Below, in pieces: positions 38,601 to 50,600 of a stretch of DNA of 64,000 nucleotides. How positions within the stretch are numbered: the first letter of the stretch is position 1; each line of letters begins with the position of its first letter. A program made the position numbers and the translations under genes. The notes under the pieces were generated by a model. It was not told the DNA's origin, did not search any database, and saw only the letters and a list, made by a program, of their open reading frames with translations. Origin of the DNA: Lytechinus pictus (taxonomy: Eukaryota); assembly GCF_037042905.1 (NCBI RefSeq), contig NC_087252.1, positions 20,338,001 through 20,402,000 on the forward strand, given 5' to 3'.

Positions 38601-41600
38601 TTCGGAAATATGAACCTTCGGAATAACGAACCTTCGGAATATCCGAACCTTCGGAATAACGAAGCTTCGGAATTACGAATGTATGCGTACCCAATGAATG
38701 GAAACATTTTCTTCAACATCTTGTTGAGAGTAGAACAACTCGAGAAGATTTGTTGTGTATTTTAAATAATGTTTTTAAGGTATACAAGTTTATCTATATA
38801 ATTTATGTTGATAAAGTCTTAAAGTCCCCGAGTTTGCAAACAAAATGGGCATCCATTTTAAATGATCCGGTTAATGATTGAAATAGATTGTATATGATTC
38901 CCTTTAAATGCTGTCTTTCAACTTAATTGTAATTTTCTTGACTATTACTCATTGATTACTGCAATATAAATGGGTTACACTTCGTAATTCCGAAGGTTCT
39001 TTATTCCGAAGGTTCATAATTCCGAAACACGTAAATTGCCTATACCTCGATGTTCGTTAATCCGAAAACGTAAAAGGGCTCGTTAATCCGAACATTTGTG
39101 GCGTTCTTCCGAAGGTTCGTTATTCCGAAGGTTCGATAATCCAAAAACGAAATAAGGTTCGTTGTTCAGAAGGTTTGTTAATCCGAAAACAAAATAAGGT
39201 TCGTTGTTCCAAAGGTTCGTTAGTCCGAAAACGAAATAAGGTTTGTTAATCATTTCGTTATCGGACTAACGAACCTTCGGAATTTCGAACCTCATTTTGT
39301 TTTCGGATTAACGAACCTTCGGAATTACGAACCTCACTTCGTTTTCGGACTAACGAACCTTCGGAATTACGAACCTTCGGAAATATGAACCTTCGGAATA
39401 ACGAACCTTCGGAATATCCGAACCTTCGGAATAACGAAGCTTCGGAATTACGAATGTATGCGTACCCAATGAATGGAAACATTTTCTTCAACATCTTGTT
39501 GAGAGTAGAACAACTCGAGAAGATTTGTTGTGTATTTTAAATAATGTTTTTAAGGTATACAAGTTTATCTATATAATTTATGTTGATAAAGTCTTAAAGT
39601 CCCCGAGTTTGCAAACAAAATGGGCATCCATTTTAAATGATCCGGTTAATGATTGAAATAGATTGTATATGATTCCCTTTAAATGCTGTCTTTCAACAAA
39701 ACTCCGCTACTTTCAATATAAACTTTTCAATCGGATAATGGGGATGAACAACATCTCTATGATATTGGCTTGTCTGAATCTAATTTATGTTCACTTTGTA
39801 CTTCCTGTGTTGAAAGTATTTCACATCTGTTTTGGGACTACCGTGTAACTCAACAATTAATTCAAAACTTCCAAACCTCTTATTTGAACAATGACGTGTA
39901 TTGAATAAAAATATACGTTTGTTTGGTTGCCCTGACGCTCAGTACTCTACTGTAAACCGTTATATTCTTTACGCGAAATATTTTATTTTTTCGACACGTT
40001 GTAAGGGTGATTGGTTATGTTTAAGCTCTTTTAAGAGCGTATTGAAATGCTATTGTGAAATTGAAAGGGTTCTCAGTCAAAAACATAATTTTGTTTTATC
40101 ATTAGATAATAGTACGCATGTACAGTTGTAAACACGTTCGCTTCATGATTTTTCTGTTAGTTGAATTGCTTTCCAGTTTGATTTTGAATAAATCTTTCTA
40201 TGAAAGAAAAAAAAAATTGGGGGCGGAGCTTACGTGTCCTTTCAAGCACTTCCGTAGATAAAACAATCGCCATGCACTCACCGTATCGACGCAGTGCTTT
40301 GATTGACAAGTCAAGGACACACAGGGCCGTAGCCAGAAGCATTTTGTTGGGGGGGTGTACCAGCTAAATTTGCCAACTAAATTTGGCGTGACAGCGCCAA
40401 CGTGAGCACAGGGGGAGTCTGTTGGGGGATGTGCCCCCCCCCTACAATAATCACATGCTAAAAGATTTTGAATTTTTAGAATTGAATTAGTGGCATTTGG
40501 TGAATACTTTAAGGTAAATTATACAAAGATATACAAAGATATTTGTTGCACTGTAAAAATAAATATTTTTGATCAAAATAGAAAGGCTACTGTGTCATAG
40601 TTGCTAACTTGCAGTATAATGCCCTATATGCATTAATAATATCAAAATCGAAGATTTGTTAATTTTTAATTGACCTTCTGTGCAAGATGTCTCAACTAAA
40701 ATTTCAAGAGTGCTACTGCTAACAGTGGCGTATCGTGGGTCACGGCATTGGAGGGGGGGGCACCAGCAAAAATTTTGAGTCACTAAGTGGGCGCGCGAAG
40801 CGCGCTCAATTGCCAGGTATACTGACCTAATAGAGACATTTTAAGGACTGTGCCATTAAACGGATATGTATCTTAGTGATCAAATAATGCGAGCGCGAAG
40901 CGCGAGCTGAAAATGTTTGATATTCAGTCCTAAAAAGGGACATTATAAGCAAAGTTTTGTAATCATGATACACTATACGTACCTGTCTCACAAAACAAAC
41001 AATGCGAGCGCAAAGCGCGAGCTGAAATTTTTTGTATAACTTAACCATAAAAAGGGACATTTTAAGGACTATCTTTTGGAATTTATGAAGTGCCTACGTA
41101 TCTCATCATAGTCATCTAATGCGAGCGCCAAGCGCTTGCTGATTTTGTTAGAATTACACTGGTACATGAAGCACTTTTTGTGGTCATTGTATCATGAACA
41201 TGATACGTATTTCACTAATGAAATATTGCGGGCGAGAAGTGCGAGCTGACAATTTTTGAAATTCGGACCTGAAGAGGGGCATTCTATGGCTTGTTTGTAG
41301 GAATTTACTATTTCACTAATTAAGTGATGCGAGCGCGAAGCACGAGCTGAAAATTTGTTATAATTAGATCAGAAAAGGGACATTTTAAGGACTGTCTTTA
41401 GGAATTCGTGCACTGCAAAAACGCCGGTGTCGATTTAACACCAGCCCGGTATCTATATCGGTCCACACCAATGCGAACGTTAGCACAGACTGGAAATGTT
41501 TTATATTAAGGACTTAAAAGGGGGCAATCACTTTAAATATATAGTCATGAAAAAAACATATGTCACTACATAAAACAATAATAACTTGAAGTGCGAGGAG

Positions 41601-44600
41601 ATAATTTGGTGCATAATCTTTATGGACTTAAAATACAACAGGACTATATATCTCATTAGTCAGACAATGCGAGCACCAGGAATGATGCAACCCCAACCTG
41701 CCCCCACTCCCACCCATCCCCACCCCAAGCATATTCTGACACCATAAATTAAAAAAAATCTTCGGCGACAGAATTTAGTAAAAATAACTTAGAACATTTT
41801 AGTGTTTTTTGCTAACTGCAAACTTGTAGACAAGTCTACAAGTTGTAGACTTGTCTTCATGAATTTGCCAACTGCAGAGTTACCAGTTTTTTAAGTCTTG
41901 TGTTCTGTTCTTTTCAGATCTGAAACGGGGCAGTACTTGTACATCACTTTGCTGACTGGTAGAGCGTATAGTGTTCTGCCACTTTAATAGGCCCACTTTA
42001 TAATTTGCCAACTATACTTTGGCTTTGATTATTCAACTTAAACCTTGGAAATTCATCCCGCCCCATATTTATTTACCTAGTCTTGCCTCTAATTTTACAA
42101 AACTAATGTGTTTGTTAAATCGTCAATAATTGTGGTATAATAATATTTGATAACTCACAAGCTTGTTTATATTGGGGGAGGACCGGGGGCTTTCTTTGTG
42201 TGTTATTATAGCTCCATCTATTTTGTCCTTTGGCTTTGTATTTTGCTGACTAGTAGGGGTTCTAAGCCTGGCTACATGGACTTGGATTTGCCAACTGGTT
42301 GTCTTTACTCTAAAAGTCGTAACCTTCTTCGAAGTTAGTACCCCTATTTTTCTTTCCTTTTTTTTTCTTTCTTTCTCCCCCCCTCTCTCTTTCTTTCTCT
42401 CCCCCTCTCTCCTTTCTTTTTTCTCTTCCTTTCTTTTTCTCCCCTATCCTCCATTTTGCCAACTGGTACATGATTTTGCCGACTGCCATGAATGTTGGGG
42501 GGGTGTCACACCCCCCCATACCCCCCCTCTAGCTACGGCCCTGAGGACACATACCGCCTTCGTTCGGGAATTCGAATTCAAATCACAGTTTTCGAGTGAG
42601 CGTATGAAAGGTCCGATGATCGGACAAATTGCAATCATCAATACAATGATGAAAAGGTCCTAAAGCATATTAACATCTGCATCGGACTGTGTTTAGCGGC
42701 CGCAAAACTAATTTTCACTTGTTCAACGTTTAAAATTGGTTGATTCGTGTCAACTTTTATGTAAGACGGAATTTTCGTAATCAAATTAAATAACGAAGAG
42801 AGTCTTTGGCCAAAAACCCCTTTATTAATCATTGAATCAAAACAGCAGTGCCGTCGTGGACTCTAGACAAATGACATATTTGCAATATAACGTTCGGTTC
42901 GAATAATACGACGATGTGCTCTCCCGGTCAACCAACTTTCGACAATGGCATCTGATCTGTTCATCGTGATTTGACGGGTATTTTCAAAGCCACTAGTGCG
43001 TTTTAAAAAGCTTCTGCGTAGTGTTGTAAAAATACGCAAGTGTGAAAGTCAGCAAACAAAAGGATAACTTATTTAAAAAGTCGAAGATACGTACTCATTT
43101 TGTGATTGTGCTGTTTGACGTCAGTAATTTGATAATCTTAATGGACCTTTGCAAAGCTTATGGGCCGAACTATCGTAACTTAAACGATGGTCCGGCCACC
43201 TCAAACTCCTGTTCAGAATGTTCTGGTGCAGCAAACGTCCCCGAGTGTTGCGCTTTCTTTTTCAGATGTCCGTGATCGTACGTCAAAGGAAATCTCTCTT
43301 GAAGATCTGGAACACATTTGCTGGCACGTCCGCGGCTGCAGGAAGACAGTAAGGCCCATACTGCGAGCATTATACCCTCGCCATGAAGGAATCCCAAACT
43401 GCAAAGATGAATCCTGCGATCATGGTAAACCAAGAAACGCCGAAATCAACGATGACCTGCAGTTAATGAAGACATGGAAGGAACATTCAATGACAACGAA
43501 ACCTGGATACCAGGAACCTATGGAGGATCACAAAGAAGGGGAAATGGTACATATGAGGTAAGAACTGTAATTGCATGGTTAAAGTTTTTACGTGTGCCAT
43601 ATATTATCTCTCCCACGATAGTGTTCGAAGCAAAATTTCCAACAAAATATACACTTGTATACATATAAATTGAGAAACCTTGCAGCCATTATGACTTTTG
43701 ATTGGAGGTGTCTTTACTATTCATTTACTTATAACAATTATTCTTACCAGACAACCAACTTCCAGAGGGATTTGCTGCTGCCATAAACAACCTAAATATC
43801 GGCATGGTGATGACAAGAATGAGCAACATCCGATGTTTTCTGCACAGTCCGAAGAGGTAGAACTGGGAGTAGAAAGATCGTCACCAAACCAAATGATTCA
43901 ACTTTGCCTAGCGTTAGAAAGAGCAGGAAAGGACGTACATGGACCTGATAAGGAAGTCTATATTCAACTGGCCAAAACTTTCTTCCTAAGTATGTTTAAT
44001 TGTACACCAGCCATTGTCGTAAGGGAGGGGGGGTGGGGTTGTTGTTAAATGGGTATCGGCATTGGCGTTATAAAATGGATTTATTGTTGGAATCTTAAAA
44101 GAATAGCAAAACCAAAATTACATTGCAGTGATTTTGGATGCATTTGAATTACTTGGTAACTATAGTTTTCAAACATTTAACCATTTAGAAATCCCTTGAA
44201 GGGTAGTATTTAAATCTGTCTTTATCACCGAAGTGAAAAGATAGAAATGTATCGGGGCAAATGATCAACTTAATTATTATGTACTTTTATATAATGTCCA
44301 GTTCTTATAATATTGAAGTATAACAGATTCATGTGCGTTTTTCTATTCAAATGCACAGTTAAAGATGAGTACAAGAGGGAATTGGACAATGAGGTCATCA
44401 CGGAGTTTGCTCTGAGTATCACCCTACAACACTACAAGAATCTTGCAAAAGCAGCGGACTCCATTGCCAAAAGAAATGTTGAAGACCTCAAAGCGGTGTT
44501 CGAAACAGGCACTATGCTTGAAGGATGGGTACAGGAGCAAAAATGCAGTAATTTCGAAGTCAGGTGTAGACTGAGGCAAGCAGCAGAACAATGCAGTCGT

Positions 44601-47600
44601 CAAGACATTGCAGGTACAGTTGACCCGCCATCCCCAAACCAATCATAAGTTGCCAGGGAAAGGTTCTTTTTAAATAACCCAAGAAGCAATTCGGCCTTGA
44701 AAAGAAAAAAACCCGAAAAGATTAGATAATCTGAAAGAGTTTGTTCTTCATTCGGTAAAAAAGGAAGTTGATAAGATCAATAAAGTTGAGATGGAAGGGT
44801 TTCCCAAGACACCATTTTCCCCTGACTGTTTGGACGTTTCGCTGAGATTGTTAAGATTGTACAGTGTGCTCATCTCACGCATGAATGAACCCGCGAACCA
44901 CGAACCTTGTTTTCTCTTTATTCCTAGGAGCTCTCAGTGCATTCGTCGACATTCAATAAAATATTGTTTGGTTTTATATATCATTTGATAAAATGACAAC
45001 TGCTGTATCATTTTAAAGCTTAGGATGTATTTTTTCCAAGCTCGGATCGTGTATAGCCTCACTTTCATTGCTCTCAAGGGGAGCGCTATGTCAGGGCTAC
45101 CTACTACCCGTGTGATTCTCAAATAGTTAAAGAAATAAAGAAGCAAAACAAATGGAAGAAATGATAAAACAGAAATTCAGACATTCTTGTGTAACAATGT
45201 ACTCCCCTTTGGCCTTTTCTTCAAGTAAGAAAATGACTTCACCTTAGGGCGGCTTGCCTTTTTCACTCTGGATTGATATTCTACACCGTCCCTCCTTTTG
45301 CGGTATCACGTGTTGAAGGTGTAAATAGAGCTTATGCATTGACGTCAACTCGTCGCCATCTGAGCTATTTTGAAGCCATTGTCTTGCATATGCGTTGGTC
45401 ATCTGCCGCTATGATCTCTGACAACTCTGTTTATAATCAGGGTACTAATGGATAATTCGTTTTTCATTCCCGATTTTCGTAGAGCAAAAACGGAAGTCAA
45501 CCTCATGGATTGGTCTGTGAAAACACAAAAACGAAATCACAACGAGAAAAACCCCATTGTGATTTCATTTTTGGAGATCAAAAACAGTAGAATGAAATCA
45601 GGAATACTTTTGGTCCTCTCTGATACCTCATTCTATACCTGTGTTTGTTATATATCAAAAACAAAATCAGAACACGCTTTCTACCTCCTGATTCTGTTTG
45701 GAAAAACGCAGACAGCGAAAACGAAATCCGGTACCGCTTTCCACTTCCTGCTCTGTGATTTTGTCTTTCGCACAGCCAACAGCCACAACGGCAGGAAGTA
45801 GTCTGCTATGCAGACTCTGAACTCGACTCGGGCAATCAGATAAACACTAGCTTGACCCGGCGCATGCACATTTAGGGGGCTCAAATTAACAAAATTAAAG
45901 GGAATAAAGGGCTATTTATCGCATTTTTAAAATTAAAATGAAGTAATTTTTCAAGGGGCCCCAGGGATATCCCGACGGCCTAGCCAGGGTAACCACGCGT
46001 ATCCTAACTTGTAGAGAATACGACTCGGGCAATCAGATAAACACTAGCTTGACCCGGCGCATGCACATTTGGGGGGCTCAAATTAACAAAATGAAAGGGA
46101 ATAAAGGGCTATTTATCGCATTTTTAAAATTATTTGTAAAATAAAGTATTTTTCAAGGGGCCCCAGGGATATCCCGACGGCCTCGCCGGGGAAACCGCGT
46201 ATCCAAACTTATGGAACCTGTCTTAGGCAACAAGATAGACACTAGCTTGACCCGGTGCATGCACATTTAGGGGGCTCAAATTAACAAAATTAAAGGGAAT
46301 AAAGGGATATTTATCGCATTTTTAAAATTAAAATAAAGTATATCGAAATACGTTATACACACGTGCACGCATTACATTGCATGCATGAAGCTTCATGGTG
46401 CATGCATGATGCAACAAAAATTTACGTTAACATGGCTTTTTCCAGCGTTTTCGGACCTTCACAGACATTGGCGTAGCTAGGATTTTTTCCCGGGGGGGGG
46501 GGGGGCAAGGGGAAATAAAAGAAAATGAAGGAGGCAGCGAAATGAGATGAATAAAATATTTTTTAAAATACATGGATACATGAAAAAAGACATGATATTT
46601 GCTATGATGTAAAAATCTATCACATAATTATAATTTTATTTCAAAATGCCATTTTTCTTCTGGCTCGCTTCGCTTGCTGGCGACTTTTTTTAATACAAAT
46701 TTTCCCACATATGCTATGGTGTGCCCCCTCAAAATAGTTAGATGATTACGGTACTCAACTGCATTGATTGATTGATTGATTGATTGATTGATCGACTAAA
46801 TTTCCAAAACGACTATCACATAATTATAATTTAATTTCAAAATCATTTTAAAAGACAGGGAAATAAATTAAAGATTAAAAAAGGCAAACAAAAGCGAGTG
46901 AAGGTAGAATGGAATGAGGCAAAATCTAAATTTGAAAAAAAAAGAGACAATATATTACTACCGGGCTGCTGAGGATTGAAGATAACGAGCGGGAAAAAGA
47001 TGGATGGTATATAGCATAATTTCGTATGAAAGTCTATTATAAAGCTGCTAAATATTCAAAGCTACCGGGGGCTCTGTCCAAGAGTCAAGACCCGTGCAGT
47101 GGAGGCTCTTAACCTGTAACTTTTAAAGGGCTCTATAACGGCCCCCTATATGGACCCTTCCTGCATTAACCTTTGCGTTGAAGCACTGGCGTACGGGGGC
47201 GGGGATTGGTTCCACAGCCAAGGGGAAATAAAAGAATATGAAGGAGGCAGCGAAATGAGATGAATGAAATAAAAAAATATAAGACATGATATTTGCTATG
47301 ATGTAAAAATCTATCACACAATTGAATTTTATTTCAAAAGGCCATTTTTCTGGCTTCTGGCTCGTTCCGCTCGCTGGCGACTTTTTAAAAAATTTCCCAC
47401 ATTTGCTATGGTAGGCCCCCTCAAAATATTTGGATGATTACGGTACACAACTGCAGCACTGAATTTATGTGTAGTGTGAAAGCTGTATAAATATACACGC
47501 AATTTGATTAAAATTCAAGTGGCCATCTGTAAGGTTTAAAATGGCTTTAATATCAAGAGGTTCCGGGGCTCCACCCCGGACCCCACTCATAAAGCATTGT

Positions 47601-50600
47601 TGTATGAGTTTGGACCATGGCCCCCAGAAGTTCTACAACCAAACAAAAAAAGAGGAAAGAAAGAAAAGCAAAGGAAAAGTGTTTAATATTTTTCTGAATA
47701 TCACGTCAAAATCTATCTTCATGTTAGATTCTCATGAAAAGGTATTTTTTCTATCTCGCTCGCTTCGCTCGCTCCGGACTTATATTAAGCTACTTCTTGC
47801 CATAAGCGCCATACTGGGCACTCTCGAGCATTAGGGCTTCGCCCTGATGAGCACAATCATAACAAAAATCCTTTTCACCATGGCGTACAAAATATATTAT
47901 ATTATCTTTAACACTTTGTCAAAATCTATCACAAAATTGGATTTTTGCCATTAAAATGTAAAAATTTTTGCTCGATCGCTCCGCTCTCTCGCATATATAT
48001 ATTTTTGTCCAATACTCCATAATATCGCCCCCTCAAAATTTTTGCCTTTTGACTCCATTGCCTGCTTTATGATGTGACCGGGAAATTCTCGGTTCTTGCC
48101 CCCCCCCCCCCCCCAGCCACCGACCCCTGTTACGCCACTGCATGCAACGGGTCAAGCTAGTGTGTATCTGGTTGCCCGAGTCGAGTACTACAAGTGAGGA
48201 TACGTGGTTACCCCGGCTAGGCCGTCAGGATATCTCTGGGGGCCCCATTAAAAATACTTTTTTTTTAAATTGAAAAATGCTTGAAATAGCCCAATATTAA
48301 TTTAATTTTGTTAATTTGAGCCCTCTAAAGGTGCATGCACCGGGTCAAGCTAGTGGCTATCTTTTTGCCTAAGACAGGTTGCATAAGTTTGGATACGCGG
48401 TTTCCCCGGATAGGCCGTCGGGATATCCCTGGGGCCCCTTGAAAAATTACTTTATTTTAATTTTAAAAATGCGATAAATAGCCCTTTATTCCCTTTAATT
48501 TTGTTAATTTGAGCCCCCTAAATGTGCATGCGCCGGGTCAAGCTCGTGTTTATCTGATTGCCCGAGTCGAGTTCAGAGTCTGCATAGCAGACTACTTCCT
48601 GCCGTTGTGGCTGTTGGCTGTGCGAAAGACAAAATCACAGAGCAGGAAGTGGAAAGCGGTACCGGATTTCGTTTTCGCTGTCTGCGTTTTTCCAAACAGA
48701 ATCAGGGGGTAGAAAGCGTGTTCTGATTTTGTTTTTGATATATAACAAACACAGGTATAGAATGAGGTATCAGAGAGGACCAAAAGTATTCCTGATTTCA
48801 TTCTTCTGTTTTTGATCTCCAAAAATGAAATCACAACGGGGTTTTTCTCGTTGTGATTTCGTTTTTGTGTTTTCACAGACCAATCCATGAGGTTGACTTC
48901 CGTTTTTGCGCTACGAAAATCGGGAATGAAAAACGAATTATCCATTAGTACCCTGATTGTTTATCTTGTTTATGCGTATTCCTCCTCTGGGGGAGGCCGC
49001 TTTGAGAATTATGACTTTATATGTATAAGGTCTCATGACCACGATTGAGGGTAATAGTTTGAACATTATTTTTATACAGGACGCCTCCTATCTCCTACTA
49101 GCCAGAGCAGTGTCTTCGCCCACTTGCAAGGCTACAGTTTTTTTTGATAGAGGGTTATGATGTTTGAAATCTCCATTATATCTTTTCCTTGACGGTGTGA
49201 AAGAAATTATTTATCATTGTAAGACAATGACCTGGGTGATTGACGTTAAATGAGTTGTTATTTTTCCCCAAGAAGAATCACTGCACATACGCGCACACCT
49301 CACTCAACCACGTGCACGCATTCCACTACACACAATCAATGATCATTATAAGAAACGTTGAAATAATTTATTCGATCTTCAAGTTTCAAAGCCAATAGTA
49401 GTGCTTCCCTCGAAATAAATGAAATATTTGACAAAAAAGTTTACGTGTTTCCACAGATATTTTCATAACCAAAGAACAGAGCGAATTAATGGCACCAACA
49501 CTCCAAGCTTCCGTGACAATTACAAATGAGCAACGCAAGGGTGATAGTGAAACAAAACGTGGTAAGTACATACACTTATTTTTGTACTTTTGGGGTGCGT
49601 ATACTTACGCTCTTTTTGTTTGGTCTCTTATTGACTATGTGTTATACATGACTAGTCTTGGAAATATATAATCATTTTGAGATTAACAAATAATACAGAG
49701 AATCAGTTAGCATACAATTTTATAGAAACTATAATGTTTTTGAAATGAAAGTAATTGTTTTGCTACTTGTTCATACGATTAGTGTTGTTTGAATGTTTTG
49801 AGTGGTATGTTATCATTTAGGTGAATACTGCATTACGCGATTACACCGCTCAGAATGCTTCATTATCATGATTATGCTAGCCAGGTAGTTGAAGACTTGA
49901 CGTGGCGATAATAGGGATGCTGGTTCGTTGCTGTTTTAAACTTTCGCACATATCACAATCCCACCCTCGATCTTATTTTTCCCTCATTGTTTTCGTACTA
50001 AAGATAATTCGTTTCAAACACTGCACCGAGTCGTGGACTGTATATTTTTGTCAAGGTTCCTTATCAGTTTCCCCCAAAAGAGAGTAAATGGTAAACTATA
50101 CACAACAAAAAAGTAAGTCACCCCTAAATCAAATTCCTGTAACTTTCGAACGGAATTATTTTGAGAAATTATATTTCGTAGGTGGTTTTCTACACTCATT
50201 AAACAACTCCTGGGGAAAAATCAGATTGATCGGTTGAGTCATGCATGAGTAGTTTTACTATCCATCATTTAGCCACTCCACACACAATTTTGATATCGTT
50301 TATTCATAGTTGAGTGAGCACAATGTATGGCAGGGGCCGCGGAAGCGGGGGGGGGGGGGGCTTCAGTCCCCCCAACTTTATTTCAAAAAGCATGTACAAA
50401 AATGTAAAAATGACCATACGATTGTGTTTTTTTTCAGCCCCCCCCCCCCCCCACTATGAAAACCCTTCCCCAATCCATGTATTGCGATGCATCATCATAG
50501 GGGTTTATGGTAGTGTCCTCTACAACTTGTTAGATCATGTTAAAATTTGAAAATGTTGGTGGCTCCTCCGATTATAGGCCCTTCCCCCATTTTAAATTTC

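Larger units (their letters stand above)
45435..48958. mobile_element. Fold-back element with very long TIRs and a 6-bp TSD (superfamily unresolved)
   Basis: AATCAGGGTACTAATGG...CCATTAGTACCCTGATT. Arms are near-identical over more than 500 bp. TSD GTTTAT at 45429-45434 and 48959-48964. Confidence 0.88.

Noticed and set aside
34380..39460. CRISPR-like appearance of the CCGAAGGTTCG repeats, and four near-identical 78-aa ORFs (MLKKMFPF...)
   Set aside because: There are no unique spacers or cas genes, and the context is a eukaryotic intron. The ORFs are translations of the repeat.
45448..45801. 117-aa ORF duplicated at 48592-48945
   Set aside because: It lies within the TIRs and has no recognisable motif. 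The duplication follows from the inverted repeat.
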